Positions 1 through 8,661 of a stretch of 64,000 nt of DNA are shown piece by piece. Position numbers and translations under genes: made by a program. Under the pieces are notes generated by a model. It worked only from the letters and a program-made list of their open reading frames with translations. It was not told where the DNA came from and ran no database searches. Source of the stretch: an uncultured Rhodospirillales bacterium (GTDB lineage Bacteria > Pseudomonadota > Alphaproteobacteria > CAAGCB01 > CAG-977); NCBI GenBank assembly GCA_902777205.1, contig CACYSU010000003.1, positions 95,492-159,491 on the forward strand. Direction: 5' to 3'. Each line of letters starts with the position of its first letter. Positions within the stretch are counted from its first letter, which is position 1.

Positions 1-54
1 TCGCACAACGGCATCAAACAGATCAACGCTTTGGACTGGCTGTTGCAAAAATGA
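1..54 (+). CDS. 3' end of an upstream gene (possibly AAA+/DUF4143-type ATP-binding protein), partial
   Basis: Frame 1 reads SHNGIKQINALDWLLQK*; a GI..IN..DWLL ending resembles that family's C-terminus. Confidence 0.4.
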   Translation, partial: SHNGIKQINALDWLLQK

Positions 55-144
55 AATTTGCCCGAAAAATAGCGGTTTAACTCGATTTTAATTCAACTTG
101 TTCGGAGATCGAATTAAAATGAGTTAGATGCGAGTTAAAATGAG

Positions 145-735
145 TTAGGGGGTAATGCCTTCCGCTCGTAAAATATTCTCAATGATTATATGCATATTCG
201 TATAAGGATCGTCGCCAAGGTTAAATTTAAACCCTTTTGCGTTTTGGATTGCACGCTTCAATCCAATGCGTCCTTCGACCGTTTCAAAAATATTCGGCAT
301 TTTTTTCAACCGATCCAACGATAAACTCTGTCCCGTTTGTTTGTTGATTTGACTTGCTAAAAAATCGCCGCATTCTTGCGAGTTGGCAAAGCTTCGGTTT
401 GTTTTAAAAAAGTGCAGCAGCAACCAGTATTCATAACACGGAGCGGACACGGCGGCGTTGTATTTTTCGGCATTTGTTTTAAAGCTTTCCATGGACATGT
501 CGTCTTTGTCAAACAAGATGTAGCCTTTTTTGACGTTTTCCTTGCCTCTTTTTCGCACTTCTTCTTTCAAACGTCTGTCCAAACCGGCAGGCGTTCTATA
601 ATCCGCGGTGCAGGCTCTGATATTTATATTCAGCGCTCTGCCCAATCCTTCCAAATAATATCTGGACGATTTTGAATCTTCACAGCAGAAAAGGTAAATT
701 TTTCGCTCTTGTCTGGGAGTGTGCGGTCTGGGCAT
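145..735 (-). CDS. rloB: RloB-family protein
   Basis: Start MPRPHT at 735; motifs FCCEDSKS, LFDKD, SAPCYEYWLLLHF, PYTNMH; directly downstream of an AAA_21 ATPase. Confidence 0.8.
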   Translation of the reverse strand: MPRPHTPRQERKIYLFCCEDSKSSRYYLEGLGRALNINIRACTADYRTPAGLDRRLKEEVRKRGKENVKKGYILFDKDDMSMESFKTNAEKYNAAVSAPCYEYWLLLHFFKTNRSFANSQECGDFLASQINKQTGQSLSLDRLKKMPNIFETVEGRIGLKRAIQNAKGFKFNLGDDPYTNMHIIIENILRAEGITP

Positions 736-737
736 TT

Positions 738-2003
738 TTACAGCTCCGGCACATTTGGAACGGCACCGTACACGCCATTGATGTAAGCTTTGTAAAATCC
801 TTCCTTTTTGCGTTCGCTGAAATCGCTTAGCGGATAAAGTTCCGTATAAAACCCGTTCTCTTTTGATGTGAACCAAATTTGATCGCGCGTCAACGTCTCG
901 CCGTCCATTAAATAATGGGCGTGGGACGTAAAAATCAGCTGCGCTTTGGTGTTGTTTTTGTTAAACAGGTTCACCAAATTGTGCACCAAATAAGGGTGTA
1001 GCGATTCATCAAGTTCGTCGATAAATAAAACTTTCCCGTTTTGCAGCACGTCCAAAACGGAATCGGAAATCGCCAGATACATTTTCGTTCCTTCGGATTC
1101 CGTTTGAGCCAAAGGAGTTTCTTTCGTTTCCCCGTCTTCCGTTTTATGATACGTTTTTGCTTCAATAGGGTGGATTTTGTCAAAAAACTCTTTTTTTTCA
1201 GTTTCGTTGATCTCTTCTTTGAAATCAAACTGTTTGAAAAATTCATCCAACGGGGGTGTTTTTACGGATATATCCTCCAAACCGAGATCGGCGTTTCTTG
1301 TAAATTCGATAATGTCTTTACGGCAATTTGCATCATCAGCCATCTTACGCAGAACAGATGAAAAATAACCGGATTTTTCACCGATAATGACAACGTCTTT
1401 TCTGAAAAACTCATAAATATCCCGTACTTCTTCCCTGTCCGTGTTTCTATTGTTGATTAAATCCGACAAAAAAACGCGTTGCGGGATCAATTCCGTGCTC
1501 CATGCTTTTTTAATGCCTTTGGACAAATCAAAAGCGTACGTTCCGTCTTCTTTCCGTTCTCTGGCAAAGATGCACTTTTGCCGTTTTGTGCCTTTTTCGG
1601 AAAAATCGCAAAAAGATGCGCTTTCCTTAACGACAATGCCGTTTAATAAGCAAATTTCATAATCATACAGTTTGCAATTTTTTAAAAATTTTATTTTTAG
1701 GCAAGTCGGTTTTTTATCATAACCTTTCGCAAACAGATAGTAATCGGAAGCCAGTTTGTCGTCGCTTTTTGCCGACGCTCCCGTGCTTAAAATAATTTTA
1801 AGGTATCCAAGGGCTTTCAACACGTTCGTTTTGCCCGAAGCGTTTGCTCCGAAAATGCCGGAAGTTTTGTAGACATACGGCACTTTTTGAAAACCGGTTT
1901 CCATCAAATTGGCTTTTCCGCCGTTTTTGGATGCCGGTTCCATTGAAAACACGACTTCGTCTTTGAACGACCGAAAGTTTGAGATTTTAACTTCAACGAG
2001 CAT
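738..2003 (-). CDS. AAA_21/RloA-like ATPase
   Basis: MLVEVKISNFRSFK start, Walker A GANASGKT, ESEGT signature, Walker B LFIDELDESLHP, QLIFTSH, C-terminal YINGVYGAVP. Confidence 0.85.
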   Translation of the reverse strand: MLVEVKISNFRSFKDEVVFSMEPASKNGGKANLMETGFQKVPYVYKTSGIFGANASGKTNVLKALGYLKIILSTGASAKSDDKLASDYYLFAKGYDKKPTCLKIKFLKNCKLYDYEICLLNGIVVKESASFCDFSEKGTKRQKCIFARERKEDGTYAFDLSKGIKKAWSTELIPQRVFLSDLINNRNTDREEVRDIYEFFRKDVVIIGEKSGYFSSVLRKMADDANCRKDIIEFTRNADLGLEDISVKTPPLDEFFKQFDFKEEINETEKKEFFDKIHPIEAKTYHKTEDGETKETPLAQTESEGTKMYLAISDSVLDVLQNGKVLFIDELDESLHPYLVHNLVNLFNKNNTKAQLIFTSHAHYLMDGETLTRDQIWFTSKENGFYTELYPLSDFSERKKEGFYKAYINGVYGAVPNVPEL

Positions 2004-2220
2004 TTCACACCATTCCTTGAAGATTTTTTGCAAAGAATGTTATTTTATACGCATAAAAATTTAAAAAAGTCAAAAAAATTATGATTATAAACTTTTGCCG
2101 GAGCGAAATTTTAAAACGCAGTTTCGCTCTAAAAAGCCCCAAAAAGCTCCGAAAAGACATTCGGGGCTTTTTGCGTAGGGGGATAGACTTTTCCCGAACA
2201 AAACGCGGGAGGAAGAACGC

Positions 2221-2403
2221 ATGGTCGGGAAAGTCAACAAGATCAAGCAGAGTTATCTGGATTTGGAAAGGGTGGAGGCATTGCAACGGCGGCTGGAAGA
2301 GGCTCTGCCGAACGACAGCGGATTGCGGCTGGACGCGATGATCGCGCTTGCGGTGCTGAAAGACTGCTTTAAATGCGGCTTTGTGGAAAGGGTTGGGGAA
2401 TGA
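2221..2403 (+). CDS. Small hypothetical protein heading the T4SS block
   Basis: 60 aa; GGAGGA RBS; stop overlaps the virB8 ATG (ATGA). Confidence 0.55.
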   Translation: MVGKVNKIKQSYLDLERVEALQRRLEEALPNDSGLRLDAMIALAVLKDCFKCGFVERVGE

Positions 2404-3077
2404 ATGTGGAAGAACCGACGCTTGACCAGCCCGCGACAAACAGCGCGAGTTATCTGCGCCGATTGGAAAAGTCGGTCGCGGTGTTAAGCAAAATCGCGGG
2501 GGCGAGCGTGTTTGCGACCGTTGGCAGTTTTTGCGCGGTGCTGGCTTTGCTGCCGTTGAAACAGACGGAAACCGTGTTCGTGTCGATGACGAACGGCGCG
2601 CAAATCGTGCGTCTGCTGCCCGAACAAATCGACCGTTCAACCTTGGAACAGTATGTCCGCTCCACTTTGACCGAGTATGTGGAAAAGCGGGAAACAATCA
2701 ACTTTGTGGACGACGACGAGCGGTTCAAATGGGTGCAGACGTTCACCCACCCGCAATGGTTCAGACTGTTCGCGGAACACATGAGTTCGGGCAATCCCGA
2801 CAGTCCGCTGGTTTATTACGCCAAAAACGAACTGACGCGGGACGTGTTTGTGCAGAGCTTGGAACAAATCCCCGACGCGGACGACGTGTGGCGGGCGGAG
2901 TATGTCGCGACCGACCGCAAAAGCGGCGTGAAAGTCCGGACGAAAACTTTTGTCGCGACGTTCAAAGCGCGCTTGGCTGGCATAGAGGCGAGCGCCGCGA
3001 AAACCGGAATCAACCCGTTCGGCTTGATCGTGGAAAACTACGCCGTATCGGTCAAAGGCGATCCGAAAGGAGAATAA
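2400..3077 (+). CDS. virB8: VirB8-family T4SS protein
   Basis: Single TM followed by LLPLKQ; EYVEKRE; C-terminal INPFGLIVENY motif; precedes virB9. Confidence 0.85.
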   Translation: MNVEEPTLDQPATNSASYLRRLEKSVAVLSKIAGASVFATVGSFCAVLALLPLKQTETVFVSMTNGAQIVRLLPEQIDRSTLEQYVRSTLTEYVEKRETINFVDDDERFKWVQTFTHPQWFRLFAEHMSSGNPDSPLVYYAKNELTRDVFVQSLEQIPDADDVWRAEYVATDRKSGVKVRTKTFVATFKARLAGIEASAAKTGINPFGLIVENYAVSVKGDPKGE

Positions 3078-3080
3078 ACG

Positions 3081-3956
3081 ATGAAACGGATACTTTTTTT
3101 AATCGCGCTGACAACGGCGGGAGCGGCAAACGCCGCAACGCTTGCGCCCGAACCGCGAGAACTGCTGAAAAGCATTGACGCGGTGCTGGGCGAGGTTCCG
3201 CCGGAACCGGCGACGCAAAAGGCATGGGAAAAGCAAAAGACGGAAACGAAAGCGGGAAACAAAGTGTTCGTCTGGGGACGCGGGCGGACGTTCAAGGTCA
3301 GATTGCGCGAAGGCATGGGAACGGTGTTCAAACTGCCCGACTGGGACGTTATCGACCAGTCGGTTCTGGCGGACGGCGTGAACTTCCGCCAAAAAGAAAT
3401 GAACAACAAGGCGATGCTGTACGTCGAAGCCTTGACGGCTGGCGCGGACACGAGCCTGACGGTCGTCGGACGGTCGGGGAACATCTATAACTTTTATCTG
3501 GCAAGTCAGGGCGTCCGATCGGAAACAATCAGCGATCAGGTCGTGTATGTGGACGCGCCGGTGCCGAGCGTGAAAAGCTTTTTTGCGACGGAAACGGACT
3601 TGAAGCGCAAGGAAAGCGTCGAAAGCTTGGCGACTTTGACGCGAAGCGGCGGAAAAACGTGGCTGAACGAATTGAAGTTCGATCCGACGAAGATCAGACA
3701 CGACGTCGAAATGCGCGGGGATAAAACAATCGCGCCCGTTTTGTCGTTCAGGGACGAACGGTTCACCTATCTGGATTACGGGGCGGATAACGAGGGCAAA
3801 GTCCTGCCCGTCGCGTATCAGGTGGTCGATCGGGTGGATCAGCCCGTCAACGTGCGCAAATCGCCGGACGGGCGGTATCTGGTGGTGGAAACAATCAATC
3901 CGATAACGCTTCGGTACGGAGAGAAAACGGTATGCTTAAAACGGCAATCGTCCTGA
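3081..3956 (+). CDS. virB9: VirB9/TrbG-family T4SS protein
   Basis: Signal peptide; TSLTVVGRSGNIYNFYL; FRDERFTYLDY; ITLRYGEKTVCL. Confidence 0.85.
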   Translation: MKRILFLIALTTAGAANAATLAPEPRELLKSIDAVLGEVPPEPATQKAWEKQKTETKAGNKVFVWGRGRTFKVRLREGMGTVFKLPDWDVIDQSVLADGVNFRQKEMNNKAMLYVEALTAGADTSLTVVGRSGNIYNFYLASQGVRSETISDQVVYVDAPVPSVKSFFATETDLKRKESVESLATLTRSGGKTWLNELKFDPTKIRHDVEMRGDKTIAPVLSFRDERFTYLDYGADNEGKVLPVAYQVVDRVDQPVNVRKSPDGRYLVVETINPITLRYGEKTVCLKRQSS

Positions 3957-4942
3957 CGCTGCTGCTGACGGGGTGCGACAAGAAAGCGGCGGAACAAAAG
4001 CCCGTTCCCATTACGGTGAAATACCCCGCCGATTATTTTACGGTGCTGCCCGATCCGCCGAAACCTCCCGTTGTCGTGGTGGAAAAGGAAGTCGAAAAAC
4101 GCGCCGAGGAAAAAGCGAAACGGATCATCGCCGCCGAACGCGCGAAGGAAAAGCGAGCCGAGCAAAAGAAAGGGGAGCGGCTGGATAAACAAGCTTTGTT
4201 GAAAGCGAGATTCGCGCTGAAACGGGCGGCGAGAACGGCGGCGGGCGGAACGTTTTTAAACGGGGTGCGGGAAGAGGCAAAAACGGAACGGCGGGAAACC
4301 GCGTCGGTTCAGCCGCCGCCGCGGGACAAAGCTTACGCCGCGCCGAACATCACGAGTTCGTATCCGGTGGACAGGTCTTTCATTTTAACGGAAGACAGGA
4401 CGATACCCGCCGTTCTGCTGGACGGGATCAACACGCAAATCGCGGGGACGGTTCGGGCGTATGTGTCCGAAGACGTGTTCGGCGCGTCGGGACGGTTCAA
4501 GCTGTTGGAAAAGGGCGACGTGGTCATCGGCAAGTACCAGCCGACGAAAAAGGTCGGGGACACGCGGGTGGAAATCGCGTTTTACCGCATTATCCGCGCG
4601 GCTGACGGGGCGGAGGTTTATTCGTCTGGTGCGGCGTTCGCGTACGCGGCGGACAAAATGGGGCGCACGGGATTGGTCGGCGATGTGGACAACAGGAACT
4701 GGGAACGCTACGGCTTGGCGTTCAGCACTTCCCTTATCGGCGGCATTGCGGGATTAGGTAAAGCGAAAGTGGACGGCGACGAATACGAGGAGTTTTGGAA
4801 CCGTCTGTCCGACAACACGACCGAGATCACGACCAAGATTTTGGAACAAACAATGAGCATCGCGCCCGTAATCACCATCGCGCAGGGCGAACCGATTTTA
4901 ATCCGCTTGGCGAGCGACATCACATTGAAGCGGGAGCGTTGA
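3932..4942 (+). CDS. virB10: VirB10/TrbI-family T4SS protein with lipobox-like N-terminus
   Basis: IPAVLLDGINTQIAG..RAYVSEDVF, DKMGRTGLVGDVDNR, IAPVITIAQGEPI; N-terminal LLTGC. Confidence 0.9.
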   Translation: MLKTAIVLTLLLTGCDKKAAEQKPVPITVKYPADYFTVLPDPPKPPVVVVEKEVEKRAEEKAKRIIAAERAKEKRAEQKKGERLDKQALLKARFALKRAARTAAGGTFLNGVREEAKTERRETASVQPPPRDKAYAAPNITSSYPVDRSFILTEDRTIPAVLLDGINTQIAGTVRAYVSEDVFGASGRFKLLEKGDVVIGKYQPTKKVGDTRVEIAFYRIIRAADGAEVYSSGAAFAYAADKMGRTGLVGDVDNRNWERYGLAFSTSLIGGIAGLGKAKVDGDEYEEFWNRLSDNTTEITTKILEQTMSIAPVITIAQGEPILIRLASDITLKRER

Positions 4943-5085
4943 TGAAGCGGCTGATCGGGCGGTGTTTTTGGGTAATCGCGATTTACTGTTTTGAACGAAG
5001 CGGCGCGGCGGCGTCGGTTTGCCTTGAACCCGACGAAACCCAAACAATCAGGCAGCTATGGAGACAGAGCAATGACGTATTATAG
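4942..5085 (+). CDS. Short ORF with signal-peptide-like N-terminus, possibly truncated
   Basis: ATG overlaps virB10 stop; MKRLIGRCFWVIAIYCF...; ends 4 nt from the convergent toxin stop. Confidence 0.3.
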   Translation: MKRLIGRCFWVIAIYCFERSGAAASVCLEPDETQTIRQLWRQSNDVL

Positions 5086-5089
5086 ACGG

Positions 5090-5356
5090 CTAAAACAAAT
5101 CATCATGCGAACCCGTTGCGACCAAAACGACTTCGGTGTCCGTTGCGCGGTAGATCAACAGCCAGTCAGGCTTGATATGGCATTCGCGGTAGTTTTGCCA
5201 GTTGCCTTTCAAAGAATGGTCTTTGAACTTGCCGGGAAGAGGTTCGCCGTTCGCAAGTTTTTGCAGTACCAGTTCAAACGTTTTGACGTCAGGGTGCTTT
5301 TTAAGCAGGGCTTTGAACTGGTTTTTGAACGGGTTGTCATAAACGATGCGCTTCAT
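5090..5356 (-). CDS. yafQ: YafQ-family mRNA interferase toxin
   Basis: KDHSLKGNWQNYRECHIKPDWLLIY, ATGSHDDLF. Confidence 0.93.
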   Translation of the reverse strand: MKRIVYDNPFKNQFKALLKKHPDVKTFELVLQKLANGEPLPGKFKDHSLKGNWQNYRECHIKPDWLLIYRATDTEVVLVATGSHDDLF

Positions 5357-5643
5357 TCGCCGTCCTTCATCAAATCCGCCAAAGCGTCATCGACGGAATC
5401 GAAGCGGTTAAAATCCGCGGTATCGCCCGCCAAGTATTGTTCGGCACGGTTCAGGGCGCGGGTTAAGGACGGATTGGGGCGTTCAGCCAAAGACGGGCGG
5501 AACGGCAAACCGCGGCTGACGCGGACTTGGCTGATGAACATGCGGATACCGTCGCTGAGGCTGATGCCGAGTTCGTTCAAAATAGATTCGGCTTCGCGTT
5601 TGGCGGTTTCGTCCACACGGGCTTGAATAACGGTATTGGGCAT
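5353..5643 (-). CDS. dinJ: RelB/DinJ-family antitoxin
   Basis: IQARVDETAKREAESILNELGISLSDGIRMF..GLPF; overlaps the toxin start; GGAGG RBS. Confidence 0.9.
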   Translation of the reverse strand: MPNTVIQARVDETAKREAESILNELGISLSDGIRMFISQVRVSRGLPFRPSLAERPNPSLTRALNRAEQYLAGDTADFNRFDSVDDALADLMKDGE

Positions 5644-5665
5644 GACGCACCTCCTTAATGATAAA

Positions 5666-5694
5666 ATTGTAGTTTGAATGAAGTTGTTTGTCAA
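5666..5694 (-). promoter_or_regulatory. Sigma70-type promoter of the TA operon
   Basis: Minus strand TTGACA (5689-5694), 17 nt spacer, TACAAT (5666-5671). Confidence 0.75.
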
Positions 5695-5726
5695 TACAAA
5701 TACATCTTTTTTGCAAGGAAACGAAT

Positions 5727-7703
5727 ATGAGAAAACGGCAGCAAAAACACAAACGGATAAAATGGATTATCGCTTTGACGGCGGCGGCGATTGCGTTCAG
5801 GTGTCTGGCGCAGGAAGCGGCGCAAACCTTTGACGTACTGATCGCGGCGGAAACGGCGGTTGAGAATGGCGGAACGGTCGCGGCGGGATTGACGCTTTTG
5901 CAGCCGGAAACGGCGCTGAACCTGAACGGCGTGGAACTGACGGGATATTTTGAGGATAAAGCCGCCGTGTTCGACGGAGCGCGGAACACGGAAAACGGCA
6001 AATCCGTCGGATTGCCCGAACCGTACAAAGCGGACACCGGCGGCGCGGCTGTTCTGGAACAAAACAAGCTCTTAACCGTCGAGGGCGACAAGGCGAAACT
6101 GCTGTCCTTGCTGCCTTTGCTGTTCGACGCGGAACAGGCTGTCGGAACCGAACGGGAGCAAACGCGCCCGTCCTTTCCGACCCTGTCCGAACGCGCCGAA
6201 CGGGACGATGCGGAAACCTACGATTCTTCGGCGATTGCCGTGAACGAACAACAGGACGAGGTCGCCTTCACGCTTGCCGAATGTCCCGTGCGCGTAGATT
6301 GGGACAACAATGTCGTCGTGTATCAAAGCGAGGTCGTCAAATCCGTCAACGGACAAGAGGTTGAACGGCAGGGCTGTCAGGATTCCGACTTTCCGATTGA
6401 CATTTTGCGGGCGTATTCCCTTTGCGCCGATGATGTTGTTTTGGCGGACAAGAAAGCCTTTAAAATGTACAAGCCGTACTTTCCGGACAAGGGCGAGCAG
6501 AAGTTTTTAAAAGAATGCACCCGCGACGAAGAGCAAGCCTTTGACATCAAGGAAAGCCTTGACTGCCTGCCGCAAATCGACATGAACGGCAAAAAGGTTT
6601 TGGAACAATCGTATTTGTACTATACGGACGACACCGACCGCGCCGTTACGGTGTCCGAGTGTCAGACAAGGGACACGACAAGAACGTTCGATCTGCGCTT
6701 TACTTACGACACTTGTTCAATCCGCGTTGACGGGGAAAAGAACGTCGCCTATCAGCAGGGCAAGTACGTTTATGACAGGGACGGACAAAGCGTTGACGTG
6801 ACCGCGTGTCAGGACGGCGACAAAACGTATCCGATCGCGGACGAGTTCTGTTATTATCGGGACAACCTTGCCGCCAAGAAAGCCGTCAGATACGAGCGCA
6901 AAAAGGTGAACACCGTGAGCGGACTGCATTACTTGACTGATTGTCAGCCCGTATCGCAAACCGACATTTTGGAAACGTTTGACGGGTGCGAGGGATTGCA
7001 CAAGGACGATTTTACGGCGGGGTTCTCTTACGGGTACAGCCGGTATTACTACGTCAACGACAAAAACGCGCGCGTGTATCTGACCAAGTGCGAACCGAAC
7101 GCTTCGACCTATCAGCATCAGGCGGTTATTGAAGACTGGCAGCCCGATTTTGAAACGATGAAAGCGACGTCGCTTATCGCGTATTACATCGATCTGCCGT
7201 CGGGGCGGATTAAAATAGCGGACGCGGCAATTACCAAAGACAGTATCGCCGTTCCTTTGGCAAAACAGTCCGAACGGGTCGTCAAAACCGACGAATACGC
7301 GGACGCGGGGTGCTGGCGGAACTTCAAACAAGTGCTTTTGGAAACGTATCTGCTGCCGAACGGGCAAACGGTCGAACGAAAAACGCCGATGACGGAGGTC
7401 TTGCCCGTTTATCTGTGCAAGAACGACGATCAGACGGAAACGGGGAGTTATTGCGCCCGCCGCAACTGTTCTGGCATTGCCTGCGCCGTGTTCGGCAGAT
7501 ACAGGATTTACACGGCGACGTATTCCAGAACGCGCGGCGTTCACGCGGGAACGGGGGCGAAGGTCTGTTCGGCGTGGACGCAAACGGCGATCAGTTCGAA
7601 AAAGTCGAAAACGTGCGACAAATCCAAACCGTGCGGGGAAAAATACGTTTTAAGCGGAACGTGCGACGACGGACAGGCGGTGCCCGATGTGCCGTGCCGA
7701 TAA
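5727..7703 (+). CDS. Exported Cys-rich repeat protein (possible mating-pair adhesin)
   Basis: Basic N-terminus plus hydrophobic segment; 6-7 tandem ~45-50 aa units with paired Cys; Cys-rich C-terminus; overlaps virB11. Confidence 0.75.
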   Translation: MRKRQQKHKRIKWIIALTAAAIAFRCLAQEAAQTFDVLIAAETAVENGGTVAAGLTLLQPETALNLNGVELTGYFEDKAAVFDGARNTENGKSVGLPEPYKADTGGAAVLEQNKLLTVEGDKAKLLSLLPLLFDAEQAVGTEREQTRPSFPTLSERAERDDAETYDSSAIAVNEQQDEVAFTLAECPVRVDWDNNVVVYQSEVVKSVNGQEVERQGCQDSDFPIDILRAYSLCADDVVLADKKAFKMYKPYFPDKGEQKFLKECTRDEEQAFDIKESLDCLPQIDMNGKKVLEQSYLYYTDDTDRAVTVSECQTRDTTRTFDLRFTYDTCSIRVDGEKNVAYQQGKYVYDRDGQSVDVTACQDGDKTYPIADEFCYYRDNLAAKKAVRYERKKVNTVSGLHYLTDCQPVSQTDILETFDGCEGLHKDDFTAGFSYGYSRYYYVNDKNARVYLTKCEPNASTYQHQAVIEDWQPDFETMKATSLIAYYIDLPSGRIKIADAAITKDSIAVPLAKQSERVVKTDEYADAGCWRNFKQVLLETYLLPNGQTVERKTPMTEVLPVYLCKNDDQTETGSYCARRNCSGIACAVFGRYRIYTATYSRTRGVHAGTGAKVCSAWTQTAISSKKSKTCDKSKPCGEKYVLSGTCDDGQAVPDVPCR

Positions 7704-8631
7704 CGCCGCTTTGAAAAACGCCCTGCGCCCGTTGGAGCCGTACTTGGAGCTGACGGGAACGAACGAGGTCATTGTCAATCGGGAAAACGAGGTTGTATTG
7801 GAAACGGCTTCCGGTTGGGAGTTCGTTCCGGATAAAAACATCACGAAAGAGATGTTCCTGTCCGTCGGTCGCATTCTTGCCAACCGCGCGGGAACGGACT
7901 TTGACGCGCATCCGTACTTGGGGGCGGAGCTGCCGGACGGGCATCGTCTGCACTTGTGCATGGGGACGACGGTTGAAAGCGGGCTGTGCGTCGCTGTGCG
8001 TTTAAAACGGGCGAGAAACCTGACGATAGAGAACTTTCTGACCGAAAAATCCTTTGCGCCGAAGCCGGAAATGACGTTCGACTTTGCGGACGTGCCGAAC
8101 AGTCTGCGCCGGCTGGTTTTGGAAAAGCGCAACATTCTGATCAGCGGCGCGACGGGTTCGGGCAAGACGAACCTGTTAAACGTGCTGTTGAAACACGTTC
8201 CCGAAACCGACCGCTTTTTAACGATGGAAGACGTGCGCGAGCTGGACACGAGCCATTTGAAAAACACGGTTCACTTTGTCCTGCCTGATAATGGAGCTGA
8301 AACGGAAATCTCTCAAAACGATGTCATAGATGCGATGATGAGGTTACGTCCAGACAGAATTGCATGCGGAGAATTAAGAAGCCGGAACACTTGGACATTA
8401 CTTTCTTTACTGAACAACGGACATGGAGGTTGCATGACAACAATCCATGCCGGTTCACCGCTTCATGCGATCAGCAAGGTCGTGACGAACGCCATGACCG
8501 GCGACAAGTGCGTGGACAAGGACGTTATGGAAAAGATCGTTCGGGATTGTCTGGATTGCGTCATTCAAATCAAAGTGTCCGAGGGTGAACGCTATATCGC
8601 GGATATTGCTTTAAGAGGAAAAGACTACTAG
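7687..8631 (+). CDS. virB11: VirB11 T4SS ATPase
   Basis: GATGSGKT, MEDVRE, MRLRPDRIACGELR, GHGGCMTTIHA. Confidence 0.92.
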   Translation: MCRADNAALKNALRPLEPYLELTGTNEVIVNRENEVVLETASGWEFVPDKNITKEMFLSVGRILANRAGTDFDAHPYLGAELPDGHRLHLCMGTTVESGLCVAVRLKRARNLTIENFLTEKSFAPKPEMTFDFADVPNSLRRLVLEKRNILISGATGSGKTNLLNVLLKHVPETDRFLTMEDVRELDTSHLKNTVHFVLPDNGAETEISQNDVIDAMMRLRPDRIACGELRSRNTWTLLSLLNNGHGGCMTTIHAGSPLHAISKVVTNAMTGDKCVDKDVMEKIVRDCLDCVIQIKVSEGERYIADIALRGKDY

Positions 8632-8661
8632 CCGTAGGGGCAAAGTTTTAAGGAGTGGAAA

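Noticed and set aside
78-148. Hairpin and TTAAAATGAGTTAG direct repeat as an att or recombination site
   Set aside because: It lies between convergent genes and is adequately explained as a terminator-like structure; no matching copy was seen near the tRNA.
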